A stretch of 41,072 nt of DNA from Candidatus Bathyarchaeota archaeon. GTDB lineage: Archaea; Thermoproteota; DRAE01. The stretch spans positions 1-41,072 of the forward strand of contig DRAE01000043.1 of assembly GCA_011041895.1 (NCBI GenBank), given 5' to 3'. The position numbers were made by a program, and so were the translations under genes. This document shows positions 12,514 to 22,396 of this stretch, piece by piece (position 1 is the first letter of the stretch; each line of letters starts with the position of its first letter). The notes under the pieces were generated by a model that was not told where the DNA came from, ran no database searches, and saw only the letters and a program-made list of their open reading frames with translations.

Positions 12514-13210
12514 CTACAACCCACCTATATACTTCATGATCGTCATAAGTTTCTACACCTGCCTTCTTAAAGAAGTAATTAATATTTTTGATGTCACGGA
12601 AAAGGAACTCGTATGCGAGAGGATGAGATAATGGAACAGCCTGACCCATATCTATGAAGTATGGGTCACCTTTAAAAACCATAACATTAAACTCACTTAG
12701 ATCAGAGTGAACCAACTTTGCCCTATCATGCAGTAACTTAATGTTCTCAAGAATTTTCTCGTAGATTGAAAAATCAGGGTTTTTATAATCCTTTAGAAGA
12801 GGGGCGGGGGCACCTTCCTCCCCTATAAATCGCATTACAAGAATATTTTTATAGACTAGAATGGGTTCCGGTACAAAAACTCCCGCCTTGAAAGCCTTTT
12901 TGAGATTCTTAAATTCCTTTGAAGCCCAAAGTATTCTAATATGGTACCTATGTTTTTTAAAGGATTGGAAACGAGGGTCACCCTCAATATACTTCCAAAT
13001 ACCTTTTACAAAGGTAGCTGTAAATGTCCGGTATATTTTGACAGCATATTCATTAGAGTTCCCAATGGCATAAAGCACACATGCTTCCTTTCCAGTGCTT
13101 ATGAACCCATATACCTTTGATAAAATTCCTTTGTCTATTAGGTGTAAAAGAGCTTTCAGTGTTGACGGGTCAAAGACTTCACTTAAAACCTCCCACTCAA
13201 CCTTTTCCAT
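12506..13210 (-). CDS. rio1: RIO1 serine/threonine kinase
   Basis: STGKEA P-loop, AVKIY, LVHSDLSEFN, IDMGQAV. Confidence 0.95.
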   Translation of the reverse strand: MEKVEWEVLSEVFDPSTLKALLHLIDKGILSKVYGFISTGKEACVLYAIGNSNEYAVKIYRTFTATFVKGIWKYIEGDPRFQSFKKHRYHIRILWASKEFKNLKKAFKAGVFVPEPILVYKNILVMRFIGEEGAPAPLLKDYKNPDFSIYEKILENIKLLHDRAKLVHSDLSEFNVMVFKGDPYFIDMGQAVPLSHPLAYEFLFRDIKNINYFFKKAGVETYDDHEVYRWVVGE

Positions 13211-13220
13211 TTAAGGTCTC

Positions 13221-13568
13221 CTACATGAAACCCTCTGTAACCTCCATAAAAGTCTCATCCTTTATATATCCCTTAGCTTTAAGCCTTCTCAGTTCAGTTT
13301 TATCATATCTATAAAGGAGATCGCATCTCGATGGTTGAAACTCCCATGGAGCAACTAAAACAATGTCCCCCACCTTAATCCAGAATCTTCTTTGAAGGTG
13401 ACCGGCTATCCTACATATCCTTATTTCACCATCCTCACATAGAACTTCTAAAAGCTTTCCACCAAGTTTTCTCAACACCTTCGCTAGCATCTCACCTTCC
13501 ATGGGGACTCTAAGCTTTCCAGTTTCAGCTTCAGCTTTAGCCTTCCTCTTTCTTCTTCTCCTGCTCAT
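13221..13568 (-). CDS. eif1a: Translation initiation factor aIF-1A
   Basis: LG...V.CEDG..R.CRI.G...WIKVGDIVLVAPWEFQ. Confidence 0.95.
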   Translation of the reverse strand: MSRRRRKRKAKAEAETGKLRVPMEGEMLAKVLRKLGGKLLEVLCEDGEIRICRIAGHLQRRFWIKVGDIVLVAPWEFQPSRCDLLYRYDKTELRRLKAKGYIKDETFMEVTEGFM

Positions 13569-13987
13569 ATTCTCCTCACCGGCGTCCTAGCCCCGCATGC
13601 TTCACATACGACAAATAAAACGCGTTTCTCCTTTACTAATCTTGTATCAGGTCTTTTACACTCATGACATATGACATATTCATCTATAAACCTCTTTAAA
13701 GCGGAGGCTATAGCTCTTGGATTTATAATACCTTGAATAACGGCTTGCCCACGTTCAATGCTTCCTGCAGAGGCAATCTCTTTAAGCACATATCTTAGAA
13801 CAATTCTCGGATCTCTATTCAGCTTCTCACAGATCTCCTGGAAGTTCTTTATGAAGGTTCTTTTACCGATATGATAAACTAGAATCCCGGGAACCTCGAA
13901 TCTCTCCCTTTTAATGATTTTGGGAGGGAGATTTTTGTGAGCTCTTTCAAGCATTTCCTCATATGTGTAAGGCCAATCGCTACTCAA
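13565..13987 (-). CDS. eif2b: Translation initiation factor aIF-2 beta
   Basis: YEEMLERA...ERFEVP...YVICHECKRPDT...CEACGA. Confidence 0.96.
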   Translation of the reverse strand: MSSDWPYTYEEMLERAHKNLPPKIIKRERFEVPGILVYHIGKRTFIKNFQEICEKLNRDPRIVLRYVLKEIASAGSIERGQAVIQGIINPRAIASALKRFIDEYVICHECKRPDTRLVKEKRVLFVVCEACGARTPVRRI

Positions 13988-14079
13988 ACTATAACCCCTC
14001 CTCCGACTTTATTAGTATGAAAGTATTTAACAAGAATATAAAATAAAGGAATTGGAAACACTTGCAAGAATGATGTAAA

Positions 14080-15432
14080 ATGCTTGAGCATCTTAGCAAG
14101 GCCATACGCAATATAATAGATAAAGTTTCTAGGAGTAGAATTGTAGACAAACAACTTCTAAACAGTATCATAATAGACCTGCAGAGAGCACTGCTCATGT
14201 CCGATGTTAACGTGAACACAGTACTACAGATCTCTGAGAACATAAGAGAGAAGTTTGAGAAGAGTAAGCTTCCAGAGGGAATAGACAAGAGAAAGTATAT
14301 TCTTAAGCTAATTTACGATGAGCTAATAAACCTTCTAGGAGGGGAGTATTCAGAAGAACTCAAAATACAAACCGGCAAAACGAACATTTTCATGTTCGTT
14401 GGTATACAAGGTTCCGGGAAAACCACTACCGTAGGCAAGGTAGCTTACATGCTTAAGAAGAGAGGGTTGAAAGTTGGCATTGTCTGTGCAGATACTTTTA
14501 GACCAGCAGCACTTCAGCAATTAAGACAGCTTGTCAAGGAGTATAATATACCCGTTTATGGAGAAGAAGGTGGAGAAGACGCTGTAAAGATAGCTTTGAA
14601 TGGAATAGAGCACTTTAGAAAGCAAGGTGTAGACGTTATTCTAATAGACACCAGTGGAAGACATAAGGAGGAGAAGGGGCTTCTAGAGGAGATGAAAAAA
14701 TTAGCATCAGCTGTAAACCCTACGGAGATAATTCTAGTAATTGATGCCTCTATAGGGCAGCAAGCCTATTCCCAAGCTAAAGCTTTCCATGAGGCTACAC
14801 CTATAGGGAGTATTATTGTTACAAAGCTCGATGGAACGGCAAAGGGTGGAGGGTGCCTGTCAGCAGTAGCCGCTACTGGAGCTAGGATCAAGTACATTGG
14901 GACAGGAGAAAGAATCTGGGATCTTGAAAAATTCAATCCACCATCCTTTGTTAGAAGAATCACTGGAATGGGAGACCTAAGGGAGCTCTCAAGAAAGCTC
15001 GAAGAACTCTTAAAAGAGAAAGAGCTTGAGGAAATGAAAGTTGATACAAGTAAGATCTTGAAAGGAGATTTTACAATAGAGGAAATGGTCAAATATCTAG
15101 AGAGCATAAGAAAGTTTGGGCGATTGAAAAAAATAGTTTCAATGCTGCCTTTTGGGCATAGCGTACCAGATGAAATACTTGAGAAAACCGAGGAGGATAT
15201 TGGAAAGTGGAAGTATATAATTCAGTCTATGACAAAAGAGGAGAAAAAACATCCTGAGATCGTTAAGAGAAGCCGCATAGCAAGGATAGCTAGAGGAGCT
15301 GGAGTCTCCGAGGAAGATGTGAAAAAACTGCTTAATCAATATTCTCTAATGAAGAAAATGATTAAGAGACTGAGAAAATCTAGATTGAGAAAAATGGGTT
15401 TATTTAAGATGATTGAAGGATACGGATACTAA
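14080..15432 (+). CDS. srp54: Signal recognition particle protein SRP54
   Basis: GIQGSGKTTT, DTFRPAA, DTSGRH, TKLDGTAKGGG and M-domain SRIARIARGAG. Confidence 0.98.
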   Translation: MLEHLSKAIRNIIDKVSRSRIVDKQLLNSIIIDLQRALLMSDVNVNTVLQISENIREKFEKSKLPEGIDKRKYILKLIYDELINLLGGEYSEELKIQTGKTNIFMFVGIQGSGKTTTVGKVAYMLKKRGLKVGIVCADTFRPAALQQLRQLVKEYNIPVYGEEGGEDAVKIALNGIEHFRKQGVDVILIDTSGRHKEEKGLLEEMKKLASAVNPTEIILVIDASIGQQAYSQAKAFHEATPIGSIIVTKLDGTAKGGGCLSAVAATGARIKYIGTGERIWDLEKFNPPSFVRRITGMGDLRELSRKLEELLKEKELEEMKVDTSKILKGDFTIEEMVKYLESIRKFGRLKKIVSMLPFGHSVPDEILEKTEEDIGKWKYIIQSMTKEEKKHPEIVKRSRIARIARGAGVSEEDVKKLLNQYSLMKKMIKRLRKSRLRKMGLFKMIEGYGY

Positions 15433-16678
15433 AATGCTAGTGAAACTTTTCAACATCCTACGTGAGAAGATTCTTTGTGAACACTGTACTGGGAGACTCA
15501 TAGGCAAAACTTGGCCTACTCTAACTTACAGAGAGAAAGGTTTACTTCTGAAAGCAATTATCTACGCTTACTCAGTTAACATAGGTAACCCCTCGGAGAA
15601 CATCGTCGAAAGAAAGCCCTGTGAAATCTGCGAGAACATATTTGACACGATAAATGTCGATGATCTACTTGAGAAGGTTAATGCCATCTTAGAGGAATAT
15701 GAATGCGATACTTTTTCAACAGGTGTAAGTATACCAAAGAGAATAATTGAAAAGGAAATTACCGTTCAAAAAACTCTACCTAGTGAAATGTACGTTCCCT
15801 TAAAAAGGGAGTTAAATTTACTCCTCAGGAAAGTGCTTCTTGAAAAAACTGGTAGAAAAATCGACGTAAACAATCCTGACATAGTATTTATATTTGACGT
15901 TTACAGGAATGAAGTTAATGCCATAATTAACCCCCTTTACATTTATGGAAGGTATAGAAAATACTCCAGAAAACTTCCCCAAGCAATATGGTTCTGCCCT
16001 ACCTGTAGGGGGAGAGGATGTAGCAGGTGTAATTGGACCGGAAGAAAATATCCGACAGCGATAAATGAGCTTATTGGCAAACCTCTAATGGAGCTCTGTA
16101 ACGCTGAAGACTACAAGTTTCATGGAAGTGGACGGGAGGATGTCGATGTTAGGATGCTAGGCTCTGGGAGGCCATTCATAGTTGAACTGATAAAACCTAA
16201 GATTAGGAATATAGACCTTGAAAGCGCTGAGAAAGCAATCAATGAACAAGCAAATGGACTAATAGAAGTTTTTGGGCTCAGGATATCAAGTAGCGCCGAA
16301 GTTGAAAAACTGAAAGAGAGAGCGAAGATGACAGGGAAAGTTTATGGAGCATTGATTGAATCCAGGGATCCTATAGATGAAAATAAGTTGGAAAGACTAG
16401 AGCAAATATTCCATAACACATTGATTAAACAAAGAACTCCAACAAGAGTACTCCACAGGAGAGCTGACAAAGTAAGACATAAAATGGTCTATATAGTAAA
16501 AATACTTCCAATAGATAAGAAAATGTTTTATGCAACCATATACTGCCAGGGAGGGCTCTATGTCAAGGAGTTGATAACTGGAGACTATGGGCGAACGAAA
16601 CCGTCATTTTCAAAAGCATTAAATAAGTCATTAAAGGTAATTAAATTAGACGTATTAGGCGTTGAGAGGTATACATAA
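15413..16678 (+). CDS. pus10: tRNA pseudouridine(54/55) synthase Pus10 (start may be ATG 15434)
   Basis: GRYRKYSR, FHGSGREDVDVRMLGSGRPF, QRTPTRVLHRRAD, GGLYVKELI. Confidence 0.96.
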   Translation: MKDTDTKMLVKLFNILREKILCEHCTGRLIGKTWPTLTYREKGLLLKAIIYAYSVNIGNPSENIVERKPCEICENIFDTINVDDLLEKVNAILEEYECDTFSTGVSIPKRIIEKEITVQKTLPSEMYVPLKRELNLLLRKVLLEKTGRKIDVNNPDIVFIFDVYRNEVNAIINPLYIYGRYRKYSRKLPQAIWFCPTCRGRGCSRCNWTGRKYPTAINELIGKPLMELCNAEDYKFHGSGREDVDVRMLGSGRPFIVELIKPKIRNIDLESAEKAINEQANGLIEVFGLRISSSAEVEKLKERAKMTGKVYGALIESRDPIDENKLERLEQIFHNTLIKQRTPTRVLHRRADKVRHKMVYIVKILPIDKKMFYATIYCQGGLYVKELITGDYGRTKPSFSKALNKSLKVIKLDVLGVERYT

Positions 16679-16983
16679 TGGCTGGGAAATCCGGGGGACC
16701 AAGGTATCATACCAGACACCTCTTCAGGAAGAGGCCTAGAGAAAGGGGGTTACAGCCACTAGGTAGATTACTTAGGATACTCGAGGAAGTAGATGTAGGA
16801 ACAAAGGTGTGTATAGTCACGGATCCCTCTGTTCACAAAGGAATGCCGTTCAAGAGATTCCACGGTAAAGTTGGGACAGTTATCGAGAAAAGAGGGAGAG
16901 CTTACGTAGTTTTAGTTAGAGATGGAGGAAAATATAAGAAGGTTATTGTAAGACCCGAGCACCTTAGGATACACGAAGGATAA
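16678..16983 (+). CDS. rpl21e: 50S ribosomal protein L21e
   Basis: DPSVHKGMPFKRFHGKVG...VRPEHL. Confidence 0.97.
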   Translation: MAGKSGGPRYHTRHLFRKRPRERGLQPLGRLLRILEEVDVGTKVCIVTDPSVHKGMPFKRFHGKVGTVIEKRGRAYVVLVRDGGKYKKVIVRPEHLRIHEG

Positions 16984-16988
16984 GGTGA

Positions 16989-17321
16989 TTGGTTATGGCT
17001 AAAATTAAAAGAATGGATCCCATCACGACAGCTGAAGCTCGCACTTTGCTGGAGCGTGAAGAAGAGAATCTTAACACATTTCAGGAAGATGTACTCCGGT
17101 ACTTAAGAAAATTCTCTAAATTAGGGGAGGAAAAAGCCAAAGAGCTTGTTGAGAGACTTGAAAAAGATTTCAACATAGACAAGTATGTGGCTGTTCAGAT
17201 AGTTAATATAATGCCTGAGGATGTGAACACACTGAAAGTTCTTCTACCAACAGGGCTTCTAATAAGTGAAGACACTCTGAAAAAAATCGTTGATGTCATT
17301 AGCGAATATAGAGAGAAGTGA
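16989..17321 (+). CDS. rpoF: RNA polymerase subunit Rpo4 (F)
   Basis: YLRKFSKL...AVQIVNIMP; conserved L21e-rpoF-DUF655-ksgA order. Confidence 0.92.
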   Translation: MVMAKIKRMDPITTAEARTLLEREEENLNTFQEDVLRYLRKFSKLGEEKAKELVERLEKDFNIDKYVAVQIVNIMPEDVNTLKVLLPTGLLISEDTLKKIVDVISEYREK

Positions 17322-17908
17322 AGAAAATGCACAGACCTTTTGAAAGAGTTTATGAAAATGTAGCCTATGTACTGGATTATCTTCCCACCGGATATCCTCA
17401 TGATACTCGCCCTCTAAGCTTGAGAGAACCCATTTTACAGCTTGTTGGAAGAGATTACTTTATGCTACTTGAAGCTGTTCCAAGAAAAACATTCAAGGAT
17501 TTCAAACTACATGAAAGAGTAGTTGTTGGTAGAGCAAGGGTTAAAGTTGACAGAATCACCCGTAGGCTAACTTACGATGAGTTAACTTCAACGGCTAAAA
17601 CAGAACTTCCATACGCTATCGTGGAAATAATAAAGGAAACCGAGGATAGATTCGTAAAATTTCTCAACACATGTAGTTTAGTTTCGATGAGGACACACGC
17701 TTTAGAACTGCTTCCTGGAATAGGAAAGAAGACGGCCATGAAAATTTTAGAGGAGAGAAGGAGAGCTCCATTCAAGTCGCTAGAGGACTTTAAGAAAAGA
17801 ACTGGAATCAGCAATGTAATGGACATACTTGTTGAAAGGATAGTAGAGGAAATCAAGGGTAAAACCAGACATTACTTCTTCGTCTATAGGCCACTTGCTC
17901 AAAGATGA
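17318..17908 (+). CDS. DUF655 family RNA-binding protein
   Basis: AYVLDYLPTG...F.LLE...HALELLPGIGKK (HhH). Confidence 0.93.
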   Translation: MKKMHRPFERVYENVAYVLDYLPTGYPHDTRPLSLREPILQLVGRDYFMLLEAVPRKTFKDFKLHERVVVGRARVKVDRITRRLTYDELTSTAKTELPYAIVEIIKETEDRFVKFLNTCSLVSMRTHALELLPGIGKKTAMKILEERRRAPFKSLEDFKKRTGISNVMDILVERIVEEIKGKTRHYFFVYRPLAQR

Positions 17909-18726
17909 GTATAGAAATCTCTAGAAGCTTCGTAATTAGAACACTTAGAAGATTAAAGATAAAACCTAGGTGGTATAAGGGGCAGGTTTTCATCTGTGAC
18001 CCATACCCATTTTATAGGCTTGTCAACTTAGCCAACGTCACCTCTAGTGATGTCGTATATGAGATTGGTTCAGGATTAGGCTTTTTAACCAGTATTCTAG
18101 CACAGAAGGCTAAAAAAGTGATAAGCATAGAAATCGAGCGTAAGTTCTATAATTTTTGCAAGGGCATTTTCAAACGCATAGATAACATTGAACTAGTGCT
18201 AGGGGATGCCACCAAGCATCCCGTGCCTAGAGAAGCTAATAAAGTGGTGTCAAGCATACCCTACTCCATTTCTAAGGCAATATTTCTAAAATTGGTGAAG
18301 GCCACCAACATAGAGACAATTGCAATCATATGCCAGAAGGAATTCTATGAAAAGGTTACAGCTAAACCAAGAGAGAGCAGATACGGATATCTTTCCATAC
18401 TCTGCAAGATGCTTATGGAAAACGTGTATAAGGAGACTATCCCACAAGAGTATTTTTATCCTAGGCCAAAGGTTACAAGCGTAATTGCAGTCTTCAAAAG
18501 AAAAAAGAATTCTCCTTTGGATGAAGGAGAGATAGAATTATTTATAGACTTCCTCAAGGCAATTTTCACTTACAGGAGAAAAAAATTGAAGAAAGCCTTG
18601 AAAATTTCAGGCATTGAAGATGTAGAGCGTATCGACGAGAACCTTCTCGATAAACCAGTTCTGCTCTTAGAGCCCTCAGAAGCTTTAGAGGTATTCAAGG
18701 CAATAGAACCAATATATAGCTCCTAG
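17905..18726 (+). CDS. ksgA: 16S rRNA adenine dimethyltransferase KsgA/Dim1
   Basis: GQVF, VYEIGSGLG SAM motif, SSIPYSIS, QKEF, YGYLS, FYPRPKVTS. Confidence 0.93.
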   Translation: MSIEISRSFVIRTLRRLKIKPRWYKGQVFICDPYPFYRLVNLANVTSSDVVYEIGSGLGFLTSILAQKAKKVISIEIERKFYNFCKGIFKRIDNIELVLGDATKHPVPREANKVVSSIPYSISKAIFLKLVKATNIETIAIICQKEFYEKVTAKPRESRYGYLSILCKMLMENVYKETIPQEYFYPRPKVTSVIAVFKRKKNSPLDEGEIELFIDFLKAIFTYRRKKLKKALKISGIEDVERIDENLLDKPVLLLEPSEALEVFKAIEPIYSS

Positions 18727-18742
18727 GGATTATTTAATTCAA

Positions 18743-19252
18743 ATGCCCAAGCGACCAGCACGTTGCTATACCAAAATAAGTAGCCCTCCATACACCAGAA
18801 AAGAATATATTCATGGAGTACCTGCCCCAGAGATTAGAATGTTCGAAATGGGGAACACCAAGGAAAAGGACAAGTTCAGGGCATGGGTCCATCTCTACGC
18901 TATAGAGCCAGGAAATATAAGAGCAAGAAGCTTAGAAGCTGCAAGAAAAGCTGCAAACTATGTGTTGAAAAAACTTGGGAGAAATGCATACTTTCTGAAG
19001 ATATGTGTATATCCACATCATGTCCTAAGGGAAAATAAGATGATGAGCGGAGCAGGAGCCGACAGAGTGCAGAAGGGAATGCGACTAGCATTCGGCAAAC
19101 CTATTGAGACAGCAGCTCACATAAGGAAAGAAACATTAATTATGGAGGCAGCATCGCATGTGGAAAACCTCGAACATCTAAAAGAGGCGATAAGAAGGGC
19201 TTCACATAAGATTCCTTTAAAGACAAGAATTGTTGTTGAAGTAAAGAAGTGA
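18743..19252 (+). CDS. rpl10e: 50S ribosomal protein L10e (uL16)
   Basis: RPARCY...YPHHVLRENKMMSGAGADRVQKGMRLAFGKP. Confidence 0.98.
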   Translation: MPKRPARCYTKISSPPYTRKEYIHGVPAPEIRMFEMGNTKEKDKFRAWVHLYAIEPGNIRARSLEAARKAANYVLKKLGRNAYFLKICVYPHHVLRENKMMSGAGADRVQKGMRLAFGKPIETAAHIRKETLIMEAASHVENLEHLKEAIRRASHKIPLKTRIVVEVKK

Positions 19253-20262
19253 CCCTAAAGAATCGTACATTTGAAATCCCAAGAATAGAACTGGAAAAAA
19301 TACTTGAGAAAACAGACTTCGACGCTGTTCTTCTGGAAGTGCCAGACGGTGTAAAACATCTCATACCCGAAATTTTGGAAATTATAAGGAAGAAAAAACA
19401 TGAAGCGAAAGTTTACATATCAGGAGAGGGATGTTACGGTTTATGCTATATCGAAGACTGTGAAGCAAAAACTATTGGGGTAGACTTGGTGATCAATATA
19501 GGGCACGTCTATAAGATGAACATTAAAAAACATGATGATTTAACGATAATACATGTTCCGCTTTTGGTAAAGAAAGCTAAACAGATAAAAGGAAAAATTA
19601 AGGAGTTTATAGAAAAGAAACTCTATCATTTGATCAGGAAATATAGATATATTGCGCTGTCATCAACCGTGGAGCATTATATTTTTATGCAAGACTTTAG
19701 AAGACAGCTTGAAAAGATGCATTTTAAAGTTTTCATTGGAGAAAGTGGATCTCTTGAAAAGGGGTTAATTATAGGATGTGACTACTCTAACCCAATGTCA
19801 TTAGACGATAAGTGCGATGTGCATGTGATACTTGCTAGTGGCAGATTTCACGGACTGGGATTAGCCATGAACACGAGGAAAAAAGTCATTGTAGCTGACA
19901 TCTTGAATTGGGAAACATTAACGTTTACCGAAGAAGAGATAGGAAAGATAAAGAAAAAGCGAATGGCTGCTCTAGGAAAGATGCTTAATGCAAGGAGGAT
20001 AGGGATAATAGTTGGAACAACGATGGGACAGAGAAGAATGAGAGAGGCGGAAAAGATAGCAGAGACATTAAGCAAGAGAGGATTTCAAGCAGATATTATT
20101 GTGATGAAGGAGGTCAGTGGAATAAAACTACTGAACTTGATGCATGTATATGATGCCTTCGTAGTGTGTTCGTGCCCTAGGATAGCCTTTGACAAAGAGT
20201 ATGAAGAGTTGAAAATACCAATCATATTACCAGATGAATTGTATGAGGTGTTAGAGGGATAG
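19249..20262 (+). CDS. dph2: Diphthamide biosynthesis radical-SAM enzyme Dph2
   Basis: PDG, CYGLC, GH, IIGCD, GRFH and CPRI (three Fe-S cysteines). Confidence 0.9.
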   Translation: MTLKNRTFEIPRIELEKILEKTDFDAVLLEVPDGVKHLIPEILEIIRKKKHEAKVYISGEGCYGLCYIEDCEAKTIGVDLVINIGHVYKMNIKKHDDLTIIHVPLLVKKAKQIKGKIKEFIEKKLYHLIRKYRYIALSSTVEHYIFMQDFRRQLEKMHFKVFIGESGSLEKGLIIGCDYSNPMSLDDKCDVHVILASGRFHGLGLAMNTRKKVIVADILNWETLTFTEEEIGKIKKKRMAALGKMLNARRIGIIVGTTMGQRRMREAEKIAETLSKRGFQADIIVMKEVSGIKLLNLMHVYDAFVVCSCPRIAFDKEYEELKIPIILPDELYEVLEG

Positions 20263-20264
20263 AC

Positions 20265-20870
20265 ATGAAAGGAAGAAAATCCAAGGAGGAGAGAATGGAT
20301 AAAATTGTAATACCCGGTGACAAGGTAGGAATAACTGAGGAACTCGAGCCGTTAGAGAACGTTTACACGCACAGGGGGAATCTATTCTCAAGCACAATAG
20401 GGACAATTGATATAGATGTTGAAAATAAGAGAATATCAGTGAGAGGATTAACTGAAGTTAACATACCTAGGAAAGATATGCGAGTATATGCACAGATAGT
20501 ACACGTGGATCAAAAATATGCGGTATGTAAGATTATAAGAGATGACAAGAGAAAACTTAAAAGGACATTTACAGCATTCCTGTTAATTTCCGACGTAAGT
20601 AGTAAACATATACCCGACATGTTTTATGCTGTGAGACAGAATGACATAATCTATGCTAGAGTGCTTTCCAATAAAATGCCACCCTTTTCGATTTCTACAA
20701 GAGGAAAACTTTTCGGAGTCGTCCTTGCATACTGTCAAAATTGCGCCGTGTATATGAAGAAGAAAAAGGGAAATGAAGTGCAGTGCCCCATATGCAAAAC
20801 TATAGAAAAGAGAAAGCTCTCGATAAACTATGGAAAGGTTCCGGTGGACATTATCCTAAGAAAAAACTGA
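20265..20870 (+). CDS. csl4: Exosome subunit Csl4
   Basis: VIPGD.VG..EE, S1 domain, GVVLAYC..C...CPIC..EKRKLS zinc ribbon. Confidence 0.92.
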   Translation: MKGRKSKEERMDKIVIPGDKVGITEELEPLENVYTHRGNLFSSTIGTIDIDVENKRISVRGLTEVNIPRKDMRVYAQIVHVDQKYAVCKIIRDDKRKLKRTFTAFLLISDVSSKHIPDMFYAVRQNDIIYARVLSNKMPPFSISTRGKLFGVVLAYCQNCAVYMKKKKGNEVQCPICKTIEKRKLSINYGKVPVDIILRKN

Positions 20871-20917
20871 AATTGTGAGAAGAACACTTATATTGATGTG
20901 CCATAACTTTAAAAAGT

Positions 20918-21208
20918 ATGAGCACCCAAATGAAGGTAAGAGTACTTGAAAAAGGAAGAAACCTGCTTAAGCTCGAGATCGAGAATATAGACCCCATAAT
21001 ATTTCACATGATGAATCACCATATGGAAAACGAGCCAAATGTCGAGATTTCGGGATATCAAATAGTTCATCCAATGAGTAACAAATACGTATACATCATA
21101 AGAGTCAGGAGAGGAACTCCGAAGAAATATATGATAGAAGCCTTAGAGAAAATACTTAAAGATTTGAAGGAATTTAAAGAGGAACTTATGAGTAAAGTAA
21201 GTCGATAA
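20918..21208 (+). CDS. rpoL: RNA polymerase subunit Rpo11 (L), divergent
   Basis: V..SGY...HP motif, size, and csl4-rpoL-tfs synteny. The usual GEDHT motif is replaced. Confidence 0.85.
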   Translation: MSTQMKVRVLEKGRNLLKLEIENIDPIIFHMMNHHMENEPNVEISGYQIVHPMSNKYVYIIRVRRGTPKKYMIEALEKILKDLKEFKEELMSKVSR

Positions 21209-21228
21209 AAACTAATGAAGATGAGACA

Positions 21229-21576
21229 ATGACTTGGATAAAGTTCTGCCCTAAATGCGGTGCAATGATGGAGGTTATAAGAGAGGGAAACAGGGCTATA
21301 CTTAGATGCCCCTCTTGCGGGTACTCGTCAGAGCTCCATACGGATAAAAATCTATCTTTCACAGAGAGTGTTGAACACCCAGTTTCACGTGAGATGATTA
21401 TAGAGAGTGAGGAGCTTCAGGAGATAAGGAGGCTACCCACAGCCAGAGTTGAATGCCCAAAATGTGGCAACAATAAAGCCTATTGGTGGTTTATGCAGAC
21501 TAGAAGTCTAGACGAGCCTGAGACAAGATTTTTTAGATGCACGAAATGTGGATATACTTGGCGCGAATATGATTGA
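21229..21576 (+). CDS. tfs: Transcription factor S (TFS)
   Basis: Two zinc ribbons; QTRSLDEP.TRFFRC with intact acidic DE pair. Confidence 0.96.
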   Translation: MTWIKFCPKCGAMMEVIREGNRAILRCPSCGYSSELHTDKNLSFTESVEHPVSREMIIESEELQEIRRLPTARVECPKCGNNKAYWWFMQTRSLDEPETRFFRCTKCGYTWREYD

Positions 21577-21640
21577 CCGAGAAGCCTCCGTACGCTGCAA
21601 TAAATGTAATTTAGAAAAGACCTCTAATTAAGAAAATGAG

Positions 21641-22396
21641 GTGGCTAAAATGTTTAAGGCGACTTTGCCAAATGCTAAGGACTGGCTAAATATTGTCAAG
21701 GCCATATCGACGCTAACTGAGGAAGGAAACTTTCATGCAACATCCGAGGCAATGACGTTTAGATCACTTGACGCAAGTAGAACTGCGATGATAGATATAT
21801 ACATGCCCAAGGAAGCTTTTGATGAGTACGAGTGCACGGAGGACACATATATAGGAATGAATTTAAGTGAAATGCTTAAAGTGCTAAAACGGGTGACTAC
21901 GAGAGACAGCATAACACTTGCTTTGAAGGAAAATCTACTCGAGGTATCAATTAGAAATCGATACACAAGGGCATATGCATTACCTCTACTTGACCTCGAG
22001 ACAGAAAAATACCCCGAACCTAGCATAGAATTTAGGGCACACGCAACGTTAATTTCATCGTCATTCTACAAAGCGCTAAAGGATCTTGAAGTCATTGGAG
22101 ACAACGTTAAAATTACGATTAAACCAAGTGAAGTTACTTTTGAAACGAAAGGAGACATAGCTAAAGCATTTGCCAAGCTAGGAGGAGAGCTTGGAGAGGA
22201 CTTGATATCAATTGAATGCAGTGAAGAGGTATATGCCACATATAATCTGTCAGCTTTAACCAACATCCTGAAAGCTCTTTCAAGCATACTAGATACTATA
22301 ACGTTATCTATGTCAACTAATATGCCTCTCAGACTAAGAGGAGAAACCCCGGAAGGAATCAGGATAACGTATTATCTAGCAAGTAGAGCTGAATGA
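21641..22396 (+). CDS. pcn: DNA sliding clamp PCNA
   Basis: LDASRTAMID...F..YEC...MPLRL...YYLASR. Confidence 0.95.
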   Translation: MAKMFKATLPNAKDWLNIVKAISTLTEEGNFHATSEAMTFRSLDASRTAMIDIYMPKEAFDEYECTEDTYIGMNLSEMLKVLKRVTTRDSITLALKENLLEVSIRNRYTRAYALPLLDLETEKYPEPSIEFRAHATLISSSFYKALKDLEVIGDNVKITIKPSEVTFETKGDIAKAFAKLGGELGEDLISIECSEEVYATYNLSALTNILKALSSILDTITLSMSTNMPLRLRGETPEGIRITYYLASRAE

